The translations under genes were made by a program, and so were the position numbers. DNA of 64,000 bases. It comes from Octopus sinensis (lineage: Eukaryota). Numbering within the stretch: position 1 is the first letter of the stretch; each line of letters opens with the position of its first letter. The stretch lies in assembly GCF_006345805.1 (NCBI RefSeq), contig NC_043010.1:59954001-60018000 (forward strand). Direction: 5' to 3'. A model generated the notes under the pieces. It saw only the letters and a program-made list of their open reading frames with translations, made no database searches and was not told the DNA's origin. Shown in pieces: positions 37,651-51,330 of the stretch.

Positions 37651-38259
37651 TTTAATGAAAAATTGTCATTTATGAAATTAAATTCCTGTGTGTATGTGAT
37701 TACAGTTGTGTCAGAAAACTGATAGGTATACAGAAAAACAGGACAATTTAGAGGGTACAATTTTAAATCAGTAAACATTAACAAGGGGTTTCTTGTCCTG
37801 TTCAAAATGCTCAAGTTAAAGGGGTATAAAAGTCTATGCACAAAGACATTAATTGTGATAATATATATACGTTTAGCACTGAATAGCTGCAATACAATCT
37901 TACTTTTGCTCCTCATTTATATAAATATATATATTCACACAGATTCATATATATATGGGGAGGTTTTATTTTGCTTGGAAACAGGCTTTGTTTTGCCTGG
38001 ATTTAGTTGTAGAAAATCTGCTTTAATAAATTCCATGTGAACCAAGTATGGAAAAGTGGACATTAAAGGATGATGATGATGATGATGATATACATGTGTG
38101 TGTGATCTATAGAGTGTTTTTGATGTTGCCCTGTAACTAAGAGGTTAAAATGTGGAGATGGATAAAATAAGTATTAAACTGAAATAGCTGCCTGTGTCAA
38201 TATGACTGGTCACACATTGGCATTGACCACAAACGAATGACCAAAGCAATAAACAAATA

Positions 38260-39030
38260 ATCCTTTCTGCTATCAGCACAAAGCCTAAAGTTTTGGGGAC
38301 TGCTCTATTAAACTGACCCCATTGCTCAAATGGTGGGCTTGTAGAAGTAGATGAGCATCTTTCTTCCATCCAAGACCTCAACACCGAAGGCTATGACCTA
38401 GGCTGGATGTTTTGTCCCGAAGGTGCTCCTCATGTCAACTGTTGACATTGCAATGTACTGGTCGTTTCTGCAGTTCACAATGACATCCACTGTGAAGATC
38501 TTTCCATCAGAGAAGATTTTCACAGTGGACCCATTCTTCTTGAGGTATGTGAGAATCTTTATGCACTTCTCCAGTCTTCTGGCCTTCATAGGTTCTGTCA
38601 GCAGGAGTCTCGACATCCTGGCAAAGGACTCGAGGTCTAAATCATCATTCAAAGCTGTTCTGATGGTCTTGGAGTCCATTTCAAGTTCAGAATCCAACTT
38701 CCTCATGGATGTGGTTGGGTCCATAGAAATTTTGGACTTGAGGGTGTTGATGAAGTCTTGACTCCACTTCTTGTTGGTCCCACCCCTGCCAGACTTCATC
38801 TGAATGCCATTGCCCATGTCCATTCTGTTCTTGGTGTTATAAACTGTGCATAAGGATACTCCAACTATGCTTGAAATCCTCTACGGATTGACTTGTGCAT
38901 GGACCAAATCACACACTCTTTGGTGTTTGTCTTCTTGTGCATTCACATTCTCCAATATTCTTGCATATTAGCAGACAATGTAGTCTTTGTTCTACATTAG
39001 GTCTCATATCATTTGGTGTAGTGGTCACTG
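38260..39030 (-). mobile_element. Tc1/mariner superfamily (maT/DD37D-like) transposase relic
   Basis: ORF 38398-38823: KSGRGG, PTTSMRKL, KIFSDGKIFTVD, NCRNDQY, KHPA. The 3' part is deleted. Confidence 0.8.
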
Positions 39031-39059
39031 TGAAATATTAGTGTAACTTTTAATGCAAG

Positions 39060-39607
39060 TTTTACTCCTCCACCCTGTAGATGTGAATAGGCAAGATATT
39101 ATATTGAAGGACTTCAAACAAAAATCATGCCTCCTCATCAATACAACTGTTCCAATTGGCTTAAATGTATCTGTCAAGACTTACCAAAAACTGAGCAAGT
39201 ATAAAAATCTTGAAATAGAAATTGGCAAAATGTGGAACCTCAAGACTAAAACAATACCTGTTGTCATAGGAATGATAGCAAAAGGGGCTGATTGCTACGT
39301 AGCTCAGATACCAGGAAATCCAAACATGGAAGAAATTCAAAAGATAGTGCTTATGGGAACTGCCCATATCCTAGGTAAAATACTGTCTATGTAATTCCAA
39401 ATTTTAAAACAAACTTATAACTTTCTCATGTTTTCTTAGACATTCTCTAAAACAATACTTTGTGCAAAACCAAATATATGGCACCCTAGTCATAACACCA
39501 ACTTGAACTTCTAACTTGTCTTTTGAGGTCTCTGGATGAGAGTTGGAGTCAACTTGTACAAATACACAGTAAAAGTTAAATATTTGATAATGATAATAAT
39601 AATAATG

Positions 39608-39687
<80 letters not shown>
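39060..39687 (+). mobile_element. R4/Dong-like LINE 3' end (RLE endonuclease, 3' UTR, ~100-bp (TAA)n tail)
   Basis: NRQDIILKD...KLSKYKNLEIEI...PVVIG...MGTAHILGKILSM*, with the tail at 39586-39687. Confidence 0.9.
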
Positions 39688-39689
<2 letters not shown>

Positions 39690-40412
39690 ACAAACTACTC
39701 CAAATATCACACTGGTAAAAGCACTGACTCACCACAGTGTAGGAAGTGCTCTGGGAAGGGAGAAAGTATAAGCCATATTGTTTGTGAGTGCTATAAGCTG
39801 GCACAATGCGAATAAAAAAGGAGACACGACAATGTGGACACTGGCTGTTGTGTGGTAATGCAAACCTCAAGAGATCTCAACAAAGGTATGAACACAAGCC
39901 AGAGGGTGTAATGGAAAATAAACATTACAAAAAACTCAGGGATTTTAACATACAGTGTGACCAAATAATAAAGGCGAGGTGACCAGATATCATGATCATC
40001 CATAAAGATGAAAAAGAAGCAAAGATAATAGATGTTGCAATACCAGGCAATTCGAGGGTGGAATGCAAGGAAACAGAAAAGAATGAGAAATACCAGCCAC
40101 TGTGGGACGAGATAGGAAAGTTATGGGGCATGAGGAAAATAATGGTGATGCCGGTGGTAATTGGAGTATTCGGAGCAGTTTCCAAGAGCTTTAAAAAATA
40201 TATTAAGAATATTGGAGCCGCTGTCAGGCTTGAAATGATCCAGAAGACAGCATTCTTGGGTACAGCTCCTCACATTCTAAGGAGAGTATTGTCTCTTTGG
40301 GTCACAGGAGAAGGCACTACTTGAAACCTTTGGTGATTTGTTAATGCCTGCTTTCAAGTAAAGAACAACCAGTAATTAAGAACTATCTGAAAGTCTTTCA
40401 GGATAATAATAA
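39688..40412 (+). mobile_element. Second R4/Dong-like LINE 3' fragment (CCHC knuckle plus RLE)
   Basis: CRKCSGKGESISHIVCEC, RRHDNV, IIDVAIPG...EKYQPL...PVVIGVFG...LGTA. Ends in TAATAATAAT. Confidence 0.9.
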
Positions 40413-40417
40413 TAGTA

Positions 40418-42115
40418 AAATGTCAGAGAGGAAGCTGTGGGCACAAGGACCAGCTACTCGTGAATAAAGTCATGTTAGAAAAAATCAAATCAAAGTAAAG
40501 CAAAAGAACTTGTCACAAACATGGATTGACTACAAGAAGCCATTTGAGAGTGTACCACATTCCTGAATAGAGAAGGACCTTAAGATCCACAGAGTCTGCC
40601 CAACAATTATCAAATTCATGAAAGAGAGCTTGAAAACCTGGAAGACCATCCTGACAGCAATCAACATAAAAGGTAATAGCTTCTTAGAGGACTCACTATT
40701 ACCACTGCTCTTATGCCTTGTACTTGTACCATTCTGCAGTCAAATGAACAACAGTAGCTATGGTCACAACTCACAGAATTGCAAACTGAACCACCTGCTC
40801 TGAATTGACACCTTCAAAACATTTGCCAAGGACAACATTTAGCAGGAAGATCTATTCACATCGTCAAGAGCTTTAGTGATTCTATCAGAATGGGGCTCAG
40901 AATCAATAAGTGTGAAGGGGCATACAACTGTCATCCATAAAGGAGAGTCGGAATGAATATTACAGGGAAATGTGTGATGCTCAAAAGTGAACTGAAAACA
41001 ACAGATTTAAAGCTATTAACACCATAGCAATACCTATTGTTTCATCAACTGAAAAGCCGACAATAGAGAAGGAACACCACCCGAAAACTGGTCTCAAAAG
41101 GTTGTGCCTAGAAAAGAGCTTTAGGAGGATGAGGCTTAGTTTAACTTGAAGCGATCATTAAGACTACTATCATCAGGTTGGACACATACCTGACATAAAC
41201 ACTCTTGTATCATGAAACGTCAGATATACTGCATCAAGGAAGAAGTAGGGCATTTTGAGAAAGTGTTCGATCTCTCAGAAATCATATCAACAGAAAATGA
41301 GGTGACAAACATTTTACACCAGATGAAATAACATTGCCAGCTGCAACTGTTGTAAACATGGAGTGGGTAGGACATGGTAATGCATGGGAAGTACCCAAAA
41401 TCGAGGCAGAATGTAGATGTGGGCCAAATGAGGACACACCAGTGTGCAAGAGCTCTGGACTGAAAGCAGAAACTTTTACAATCAGATCCTGTCACCATTG
41501 TATCATCAACGATGGAACTTACCCACAATGCAGCATTTATGAAAAATATGAAGAAACCATTGACATTACTGTCCCTGGATATGTGGAACTAGCAAAGAGC
41601 AAACACATACACAAGTATAACAAGGCAGCAGCATTTATGTGTGCTGGGAAGTGGGAAGTGGGAAGTGGGAAGTGGGAAGTGGGAAGTGGGAAGCATGCTG
41701 TGTGAGAAAATCAGGATAATGAAGAAGTGGTGTAAACTTCAACAAAACATGGTCACTGATGACAATGGTGTCACCATTGTTTACCATATTGCCATCCACA
41801 CTGGCAGAGATAAAGGCTAAAAAGACTGACAACATTATCAAGAAGAATATTGACATGAAGTGTAATGAGGTGTATATTTATGAACCTTGCAATACCTTCC
41901 AAAAAGAACAACTCCATCCATGAGTGTCACAAAGAAGCTGACCAGGTACAAAGACATGAAGATCCAATGCTGAAACAACTCACATGTTGTTGAGGGTGTC
42001 GTCAATGAGGTGACATCTTTCCCACAACACTTCAGGTACATAGTTGGGACCCAGCCATACAGGAAGTACAAAAAGAACAGTAACAAGTAGTAATAATAAT
42101 AATAATAATAATCAT
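40418..42115 (+). mobile_element. Third R4/Dong-like LINE, old and multiply deleted (RT to RLE)
   Basis: GHKDQLLVNK, WIDYKKPFESVPHS, EDSLLPLLLCL, LNHLL, CTIVSSTMELT-like knuckle region and a TAA tail at ~42090. Confidence 0.75.
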
Positions 42116-42309
42116 GATGATGGTTTCAATTTTAGAAAAGGGTGACAAGTTGATTACATCAATCACAGTACTTGACAGGTACTCATTTGATTGACCTCAA
42201 AAGGATGAAAGGTAAAGTCGACCTTAGTGGTAATTGAACTCAGAATGTAAAGAGCTAGAAGAAATGCTGCCAGGCATTTTGTATGACATGCTAACGATTC
42301 CGCCAGCTC

Positions 42310-42351
<42 letters not shown>

Positions 42352-42353
<2 letters not shown>

Positions 42354-42430
42354 GGTCTCTGGGTGAGACTTGGAGCCAACTTGTACAAATATAAAGCAGA
42401 AGTCAAACATAGAATAATAATAATAATAAT
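42352..42430 (+). mobile_element. Extremely 5'-truncated R4/Dong-like 3' end between (TAA)n runs
   Basis: GAGGTCTCTGGGTGAGACTTGGAGCCAACTTGTACAAATA matches 39526-39565. Confidence 0.8.
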
Positions 42431-42434
42431 CTAA

Positions 42435-42676
42435 ACAATTGCAGTGTGGAAGGTGTTCATAAGCCATTTAAGAAACACACAAAACCGTTAGATTCACTTC
42501 AACATTTAAATTTAATTTGTCAAAATATTTTCGTCGCTTTCAGACCACAAGCTGTTCACTGACAAAGCTTCGTGCTGTGTTTCTTAAATGGCTTATAAAC
42601 ACCTTCCACACTGCAATTGTTTTCGTTCCAGCACACGATCTCAGATCAAGTCACTCGCTATGCAAGTACATCTCCG
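42435..42676 (-). mobile_element. Family A hammerhead-bearing element with a 44-bp inverted duplication
   Basis: Homologous to 15438-15580. Arms 42435-42478 and 42577-42620 are 43/44 complementary. Confidence 0.8.
42516..42566 (-). ncRNA. Independent copy of the G3:C8 hammerhead (family A)
   Basis: TTTGTCA GTGAACA G CTTGT-GGTCTGAAA-GCGAC GAAAATATT T TGACAAA. Core, stem I and stem III are identical to 15450; the three differences lie in stem/loop II. Confidence 0.65.
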
Positions 42677-44563
42677 TAATAATAATAATAATAATCTAAT
42701 ATAGTGAATATTTCATTTTTATAACTTAATCTATTTAGAGTGTTTAGGCTTATTTTAACTGAAAGAATACCTTTGTAAAGAAGATGTAGAGTTACTATAT
42801 ATTGTAGTATATCATTTTATGGATCCAGGGGGCAATTAAAAGATAAAGAGTTCTGAAATAGTTTGGTTACTAATGTCTCAACTTAATGATTTCTAACACT
42901 TGGATGTCTGGTAATATCTTCTAAGATGTAAGAATCAACTCCAGTATTTGTGATGAAGAATAAAGCTGATACGATTATATGAAAGATATGGAATCTTCCT
43001 TAGCCATTGTATCAGTGGTTGTTGTCTAGTCTCTGGGATTAAAAGCATTTCAGCAGGTTATGGAGGACAGCACTGTGTAAGGCATCCTTTCCTTACTTAG
43101 GAAGTGATGAGAGATTTCTAGTAGGTTGAGCAACCACATAGAGGCTCCAACATGGGCTTCCATAGCCATTGTGTTATGACCACTGACAGTACACATTACA
43201 CAAATACAGGTATATGAAATACCATAAAACATAAATTCTTGATTTATTAAAATTATTTTTGCCTCTATAAGATGAGTTATAATTACCAACAGCAATTAAG
43301 CCTGGCTTCATATGAGAAGGGAAGATAATCTCAAGATTATCTCCAAAACTGACATGCCATTAATGCAAAAGAGGAACTCATTGTCTGAAGATAAGAAGAC
43401 AGTTGTGCCTTTTTGCCTCAATATATATCATCAGCAGAACACTTGTCCAACCTTATCTCCTGCCCCATCTGCAAAACTAAAAGACAGTGATACTCCTACT
43501 CCATGGTTGAATGATTCATGCTTAAAAGAGACCTACTTTCTCCAACTCAACTGAAATGGTTTGCAATAAACCATTCTATCAAGACTAGAATGGAGAAATG
43601 GAAGGAAATGTGTAACAAAAGAAAAGTTTGGAGATGGATAAATAGTTGAGAGGATGTTAGGTTAGTGGTGAGAGAGTAGGGTGTGAACTGTTGTGGGTTG
43701 GGTTTCTCCCGAGTGTATTACTAGAATAAAAATCAGCAACGGACTTTGATTTTAAGGAAGCCAATTCCACCAAAAATAGCTTTGATCTAATAAACCTGAT
43801 TTAATGGAAATACATAAAGTAAATTAACACAAAATATAATAATGATGCCACGACAAATATTTAATGAGATAAAGAATAAATAAAAAGAGACGAATCCTTT
43901 ATGGGAAGTTAACCATCTGATAATTGTGAGAAAAAAAAAACTTGATGTGAAAGTTACATTTTTCATCATCTTTTGATTTTTTTTTTTTTTGCATAAAAAT
44001 ACACATTGTGGAGTGGTTTGACTTTATCAATAAATATAAACCAATTACCATTTAAATATCCTAAATTAGATAGGATTGACAAAAACTTAGAGTGATTATC
44101 CAAATGCAAATGTTCCTATACTGCTGTTCAAATAGAAAAATATTTTTAAAAATTGCCTCGAAAGAAAATTAAATTGTTCATTGTAATTATAAGATGGCAG
44201 AAAAACACAATTAAAAAAATAAATTTACTGTTCTATGAAGTCCAGAGTTATAAATTTACTTAAAAAATAGTACATTTTTATCTTTTAAAACAGGACTTGA
44301 ACTGTGCTGCTTTCAAATGAGCTGCTGCTATATTAGCAGCCAAAAGTAATTCCCCCTGCTCTTGTCATTGACGTTTTATAAGAAAAATGTGTTGAGTGAT
44401 TCTGTACTGAAAATATTTGTAAAATTAATAAATAGAAAAGAATCTACTGATTAAATTACAATATTTTTAATGTGAGACATTCAGAGGATCCAAATGTACA
44501 AGAGGTGTGATGTAATTCATTGTATGCGCATGTTTTATTTAGGTAACTCTGTGTGTGTGTGTG

Positions 44564-44607
<44 letters not shown>

Positions 44608-45079
44608 TACATTTCATATATGTGTGTGTGCATATATATAAGTATGTGGGTGTTTGTGTGAATATCTGTCTGTCTACCTGTCTATTTGTCTCTCTACAAA
44701 AATGTGTGTGTTTATATAACTGCTGAGTAATGGAGACATAAACAAACCAACACTAGTTGTCAGGCAGTGGTGGGAGCCGCGCATGAGCGCACACATACAA
44801 AAATATATACACACATGCATACATACATTTACACACACACACACACGACAGGCTTCTACACAGTTTCCTTCTACCAAATTCACTCACAAGGCATTTGTTG
44901 GCCTGGGTCTATAGAAGAAGACACTTGCTCAAGGTGCCACACAGTGGGACTGAACCCACAACAAGGTAGTTGCAAAGCAAGCTTCTTAACCACACAGCCA
45001 TGCCTGCACCAGATGGAGTTTTTCCTGCAGCTGGATGCCCTTCCAGCCACCAAACCGTTCTTGTTTCCAGACAAAGTAA

Positions 45080-47165
45080 TACTGCAGTAACTGGCCTATC
45101 AGTAATGGGTATACTTTAAATATGATACACAGATGTTTTATATATATATAAAATATAATGTGGTATAATAATTCAACAAAGAGAGCACTCCATCTGGTGA
45201 GAGTCAAATCATATTTCATCTAATCTATTTTTGTTTCTAATTAACTGGGCTATAACTCTTTCCATAACTTTCATGATGTGGTCCAAAAATCTTGAGGTTT
45301 CTATAATTATTTCTATCGAAGGCACCTCCCTTGCCCTTGTAGCAGCTGACTATAATACTGCTACACCGGCTATTGGGGATGACACTATCCTGAGTAACCT
45401 GATTAACTATATGGGTGTCTAGACTGTATCCTACTCCATCAGGTATTTGAAGCATTTCAGCGGTGACTCCTGATGGGCCAAGGACATTCTGTCTTCATGT
45501 TCTCAATTGACTTATCTATCATACAGCTGTCAACACAAATAGCTGGTCCCTCTATTAGGTTCACATAGAGGAGATCCCTTTTCTTTCATACATTCTCCAC
45601 ATTTAATAGACTCTCAGAGTAGCACTTCCACACTTCTTTCTTGCCTGCATCACTAAGTGCAAGCATACCATTATCCATATGTACACACTTCTCTCCCACA
45701 AATTCTCAATTCTCTCTAACCCATTGTCTAGCAATTTGGAACACCTTAAGTCTCTGATCTTCACACTGTAAGACATTGGCAAACCTCCAGCTTTCTGCTT
45801 CTACCCTGGCTAGATAGACCTGTTGCCTAGCTTCCCTCTTGGCTATCTTGTATAGCTTTTTGCTGCCTCCATTTCTCCAATCTTTCCAAGTCCGTCCCTT
45901 GGCTTTTATGGTCCTATTTACCTCACTATTCCACCAACTGGTCATTTTCCATCTAGCAGAGTCTTTGACTCAGCCACAAATCTAATCTTTAAAAGGTTGT
46001 CTCATAAGAACTTTCAGTTGTCTCTCCATTACATGTCTCAACCTCCTCCTCTTTCTCCTCAAATGTTCTAATCAGAATGTCTCTAAACTTCTGACTGTTT
46101 GATGGATCTTGCAGCATCCATAACTTCCTTTTCCAGACCAGTTTGTGTCTCTGTGTCCATCTAGCCCTAAGTCTGAAATCACTAACCACTAACCTAAGTT
46201 GAGTTGTATATTCCTCACTGGAAAATGATTTTGCATTTATAAGCCGTTTGCCAGCCCCGTCTGGCACCTGTGCGGGTGGCACGTAAAAAGCACCCACTAC
46301 ACTCACGGAGTGGTTGGCGTTAGGAAGGGCATCCAGCCGTAGAAACATTGCCAGATCAGACTGGGCCTGGTGCAGCCTTCTGGCTTCCCAGACCCCAGTT
46401 GAACCGTCCAACCCATGCTAGCATGGAAAACGGACGCTAAATGATGATGATGATGATGATGATGATGAAGCATCTGTCTATCCCTGTTTCCAGTGACGAT
46501 GTAATCAATCTGGCTTAAGCGCTCACCAGACTGATAAATGATAAGATGGCTGGCTGGTTTTCTGACATTAGTGCTGCAGACCAGCAAGTCATTTGCATCA
46601 CAGAATTCCAGGAGCTGTGTTGCCCAACATGTCTATTGTAGTTGCAAGCTACAACAGTAAGGTAAATTTTCTTTGTTGTTGAGGTAGTCTGCTAAAGGGA
46701 CTCATAGAAACAGTCCTGTTCATCAGTTAGTCCAGCATGTGGAGCATATGCAGAGATAAATATCATTGTTACAATATACAAGTGATTCTTAGCTTGATAA
46801 TCCTATCACATACCCTGATTATCTCAATAACTTATCTATCCATTTCTCTGCCATAAGTATACCTATCCCACCCATCCCATCACTTCTCCCTATCCAGAAG
46901 AATTCATATCTACAGTGGTCTAGCTGAGGTACCTTGCCATCATACCTCTTGCACACAGTAGGCATTCACATTTCTTCACTCAAGCATTTCAACAATCTCC
47001 CCAGAACTACCTTTCATGTTGCTGACACTGATTGTGGCTGTTTTAAGTTTGTGGACTTCAGCAGGGCGTGAGAGTATGCAGGGGATTGTGGTTGACCCCT
47101 GCGAAAAAAAGAAAAGTATTTTTCCTAGCACATACCTGGGTGTGATGGATCCTTGCACATGTCAG
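45080..47165 (-). mobile_element. Decayed RTE LINE (APE endonuclease to RT start), interrupted by an antisense RTE-tail insertion at 46240-46470
   Basis: KLKTATISVSNMKGSSGEIVEMLE (APE start), SQIDYIV, WWNSEVNRTIKAK, IPNSRCSSIIVSCYKGKGGAFDRNNYRNLK. Confidence 0.85.
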
Positions 47166-47209
47166 TGAAAACAGGTACAGATGAAAGTAAATGTGTATAG
47201 GCTACTCAG

Positions 47210-47326
47210 TGTTGACAGTTTCCTTCCAACCCCACAATGCCTTCAGGAGTAAGCCCCAGCAAAAATAGAGCCCTTGTGGGTGGATTTGGTTGTAGAAAAC
47301 TGAAAGATGCCCATTGTATATACATA

Positions 47327-47370
<44 letters not shown>

Positions 47371-47556
47371 TTTGTCCCCTAGTACCCCTTGACAAATGTG
47401 TTGGTGTGTTTACATCCCCATAACTTAGTGGTTCAGCAAAAGAGTCCAATAGAATAAGTACCAGGCTTAAAAAGAAAATATGTACTGGTGTTAATTAATT
47501 TGATTAGAATTCCTCAAGGCAGTGCCCCAGCATGGCCACATTCTAATGACTGGAAT
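47210..47556 (+). mobile_element. 5'-decayed tRNA-derived SINE (same family as 14679)
   Basis: GGATTTGGTTGTAGAAAACTGAAAGATGCCC...CTTAGTGGTTCAGCAAAAGAG...CCCCAGCATGGCCACA. Confidence 0.75.
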
Positions 47557-47704
47557 AAGTATACGATAAAACTCGAAACGTCAAAGACTTTTTCAATTCC
47601 CGAGCGTTATACTAATACATTTGTTTGTTTTCTACACCACCTGTCTTCGTCTTTTGTTTTTGTCGTGAATTCTCCCCCTATATGTATATGTGTGTGTATA
47701 TATG

Positions 47705-47817
<113 letters not shown>

Positions 47818-49584
47818 GTTGGTAAGCAACTCTCCATCCATTAGAATGGGAATTAATTTTTTGTCAATTTTTTGCCCTGATGAGATTTTTACCTTGCATG
47901 ATGCAATCTTAATTGCAAAATATGAAGGAAAGTAAGAAATTGAAACATACGTAGGTGATATGAAATTGTCTATCATATAAATAAATAAATTTTTTCTGTG
48001 TTCAAACCCTGTATTTTTCTTATATAAATATTATATATCGTACATATAGAAGTAGTAGTGCAGATAAATACAATTAGGACTGACCCCCCCCACACACACA
48101 CACACAAACACATGTATCTACGTATATTAAAAAAGATAAACACATATATAAATATATTTACATTGAGCATAAAAAATATAGAATACTAAGAAGAGAGTGT
48201 GTGTGAAGCCTAATTGTTTTTATTTGCATCTCTATCTCCATAGAAACTGATCTTGGATTTCTCTATAGCCACTCTTGGCTCCATGGACCTAGTCCTTGAT
48301 GAAGAATTTGGAGTTTAAGTTGAAACTCATTTGAGTACCACTCTGCATTTTCTATATTGAGCATATCAAGCTCTAACCTATTTTTCTGTGTAGACACACA
48401 CACACACACATATTTATATATCTAAATATACAGAGATGCATGTAGGTATGTTTCTACATGTGTGTGTGTATGTCAGTGTGTGCATGTTTGTATAATACAT
48501 ACAGCCATTGCAACGAGTGTACCAGCTGAATGACAAATGTCCTATATTAATATCCTTAGAGTTTGTCATAGATTATTATACATTTCTGCCTCCATTCTGT
48601 CTATATTTTTGCCCTTTCAATTCTAACCCATCCTAATAATTCCAGTTCTTCACTGCAAACCAATTCTTCAAATATATTTTTCGACAAATTCTTAATAATT
48701 CCTTGTTCTGATCTTTTACCCCAGTACATTTCCTCTCTCTCTTCTCTTCCTCCAAAACTGTTTCTTTATGCTACCAGGGAGGGTAGGGTTATTGTGAATA
48801 TATCCTTTTCGTCCCTCAACTTCTTGTCCAGCCTTTTCAGACACACTCAACATCAGTTTAAACTGATAACTAATAACACACACACATACAGACACAAGTA
48901 CACATGCACATATATACATATATGAAAACCATCACAAAACTATTTTCCTTTTTTCTTCCAGCATCTCATATCAGTGTTGAATAGTTGGAGTGTCCTTAAA
49001 TAGTGTCTGTTTGCAAATATAAGAAATCAGATCCTAACCACCTCCAAAATAGCATCTGAGCTGTTATAGAAGCAGACAGTAAGGAACAATTGCAAAATAT
49101 CTCAGTCAAACACTGAATATGACTGGGAAAGTGAAGAAGATGTTGATGGTGACCTGAGTAATTTCAAATGACTTCAAATCTCTCGAGTGACAGCAATGTT
49201 TTCAACTTCTAATCATTTGATAACTTTATTACATCAATTTCTCGAAAATGAAACTCTTCCCACAAACGTTGATTATCTTGGCAATTCATGTTATTTTTCT
49301 CTCTTACTGAGAAGAATAGTATTGAACCAGTCCTCTTGGGCCCATTATTCTCTCTATTTATGTGGAATCTGAATAGTTTGTTTTCTTATCGTTAAAATAG
49401 CAATTAGTTTCTAGTACCACTGGATATTGGCTGGTAGCATTTTTATTGTATGTTCACGGTAGGCAGTGATTGCTGCCATTGTGTTCTACAGTATTTTTCA
49501 GACAGAGAAAATTATCAAAATCCTGATAACAAATAACATCTTCAGAATAAAATCCAATAATGTGTGTGTGTCTGTATACACATA

Positions 49585-49620
<36 letters not shown>

Positions 49621-50509
49621 CTAGTAATTTCAGACTAAACCATTTAATAACTCTGTATCACCTGAAATGCTATCCTACTGTAGTAACATCTTGTTAAATG
49701 AACAAAACATTAGATTGATAATAATAAAACCAATAGATTTTATGATGTAGACAGTGTCTATTATACACAGAATTCACTGTTAATTAAACTGTCAAAGAAG
49801 ATTAGGATAGATGCCAAGTGTTCTGTCTACCTGTCTATCTCACTGATCAAATCAGCTTCCATTGAGACGAAGCCCATAATTTCTTTCTATATACTATCTT
49901 CTAACTTGACTTCTCTGACACATATACCTTGCAGGCGAACAGTAAGGGAAAAATAATTGTATAATCTTTTCAGTTAACTTAGATTAAATAACTATCACTA
50001 AGTAAATGGGCTCTGCCTCACGTTACAAGCCAACAGTTCTATGTAGTATCATTGAGTTTTCCTGCCCGTTTCACAGAGCATCCTACTTAGAAAGATCTAC
50101 AGACCAACTAGTTATATCACCAAAAGAGAAGACAGGCATCTTTGAAAATTGTATCTCCTAAAGAATAATATGTGTCAAGTAGAGCTATATTCCATGTTCT
50201 TTCATTTAGTTACTTACCCAGAAAAAAATATTTGATACAAAATTGTTGAAAAGACTAATGAATGAAAACAAAAAGAAAGTTTGGTCTCCAAATGGGATCA
50301 AGTTTTGTATTTTATCAACTATTAAAGAGACAAATATCTGAAATTAACCTATTTCTGTAATATGTTTTTTTCCATCTGATTCTAACACACACACACTCAC
50401 TCACACATGTAATCAAAAAATGAGTACTACTTAACTATATGAAAATAGTAAGATAAGTAGGAAACTGTCAGAAGCCTTGTGTGTTAGTATGATTGTCATC
50501 AAACTATAT

Positions 50510-51330
50510 ATCATCATCATTTAATATCTGTTTACGATGCTGGCATGTGTCGGACAGTTTGACAGGAGCTGGTGAGCCAGCAGACTGCATCAAGTTCTAC
50601 AGTTAGCTTCAGTATAGTTTCCATGGCTGAATGTCCTTCCTAATGCCAACTACTTTACAGAGTGTGGACTGGCTGCTTTTCATGTGGCACCAGCACTGGT
50701 GAGGTCACCAAGGAACTTACAAGATAAAGACCCCTGGATTGAGAAGGGGAGTGGTATTGGGGGGAAGTGGTTTTGTACCACCAGGTGATGAAAGGCTAAA
50801 CTATGAATGAGGGCAGAAACAGATGTCTTGCCATAGAAAAGATATATGGTTACCCCAGTCAGACACAAAGAGAGAGATAGAGAGAGAAAGAGAGAGCAAG
50901 GGAGAAAGTGGTGATGTGCCGGGGGGGGGGATGTAAGTGGAGTGGAAGAGGATTAGACAGGATGCAAAAGCTGGGAGTTTATGAGAGTGCAAAGGGGGAG
51001 AGAAGAGGAGAAGGGGAATGTAGTGAGTGGTGAACATGGGTATATAGGGAAGCAGCAGGAGGACTGGAGAGGCAGAGGGGTGTCTGCAGAAGCAGGGTAG
51101 AAAAGACAAGTAGTGTGCCTGAAGAGAAGTAGTTTGGTTCATTGGGGTGGGGTATGGGAATTAATGTTATGTGTGTGGGGGGGAATACATAGCACTCCCA
51201 GAACTCAGTTTTCCAAGGAGGTGGGGATCTTCTCAAGAATGTCATTTCCTTTGTGACTCAACATCTGGAGATCAGGTCTCACTACTTCATCCCATCTCTT
51301 CCTGGGTCTCCCTCTTCTGCAGAGTCCAGC
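50510..51330 (-). mobile_element. 5'-truncated RTE LINE (ORF end, C-rich 3' UTR and tail)
   Basis: RPRKRWDEVVRPDLQML, then a pyrimidine-rich UTR and the shared tail. The same structure occurs at 58115-58520(-). Confidence 0.75.

Noticed and set aside
48943-49190. Strong-looking acceptor (TTTTCTTCCAG, 48961) as a downstream protocadherin exon
   Set aside because: All three frames stop within 14 codons and there is no recognisable protocadherin tail motif.
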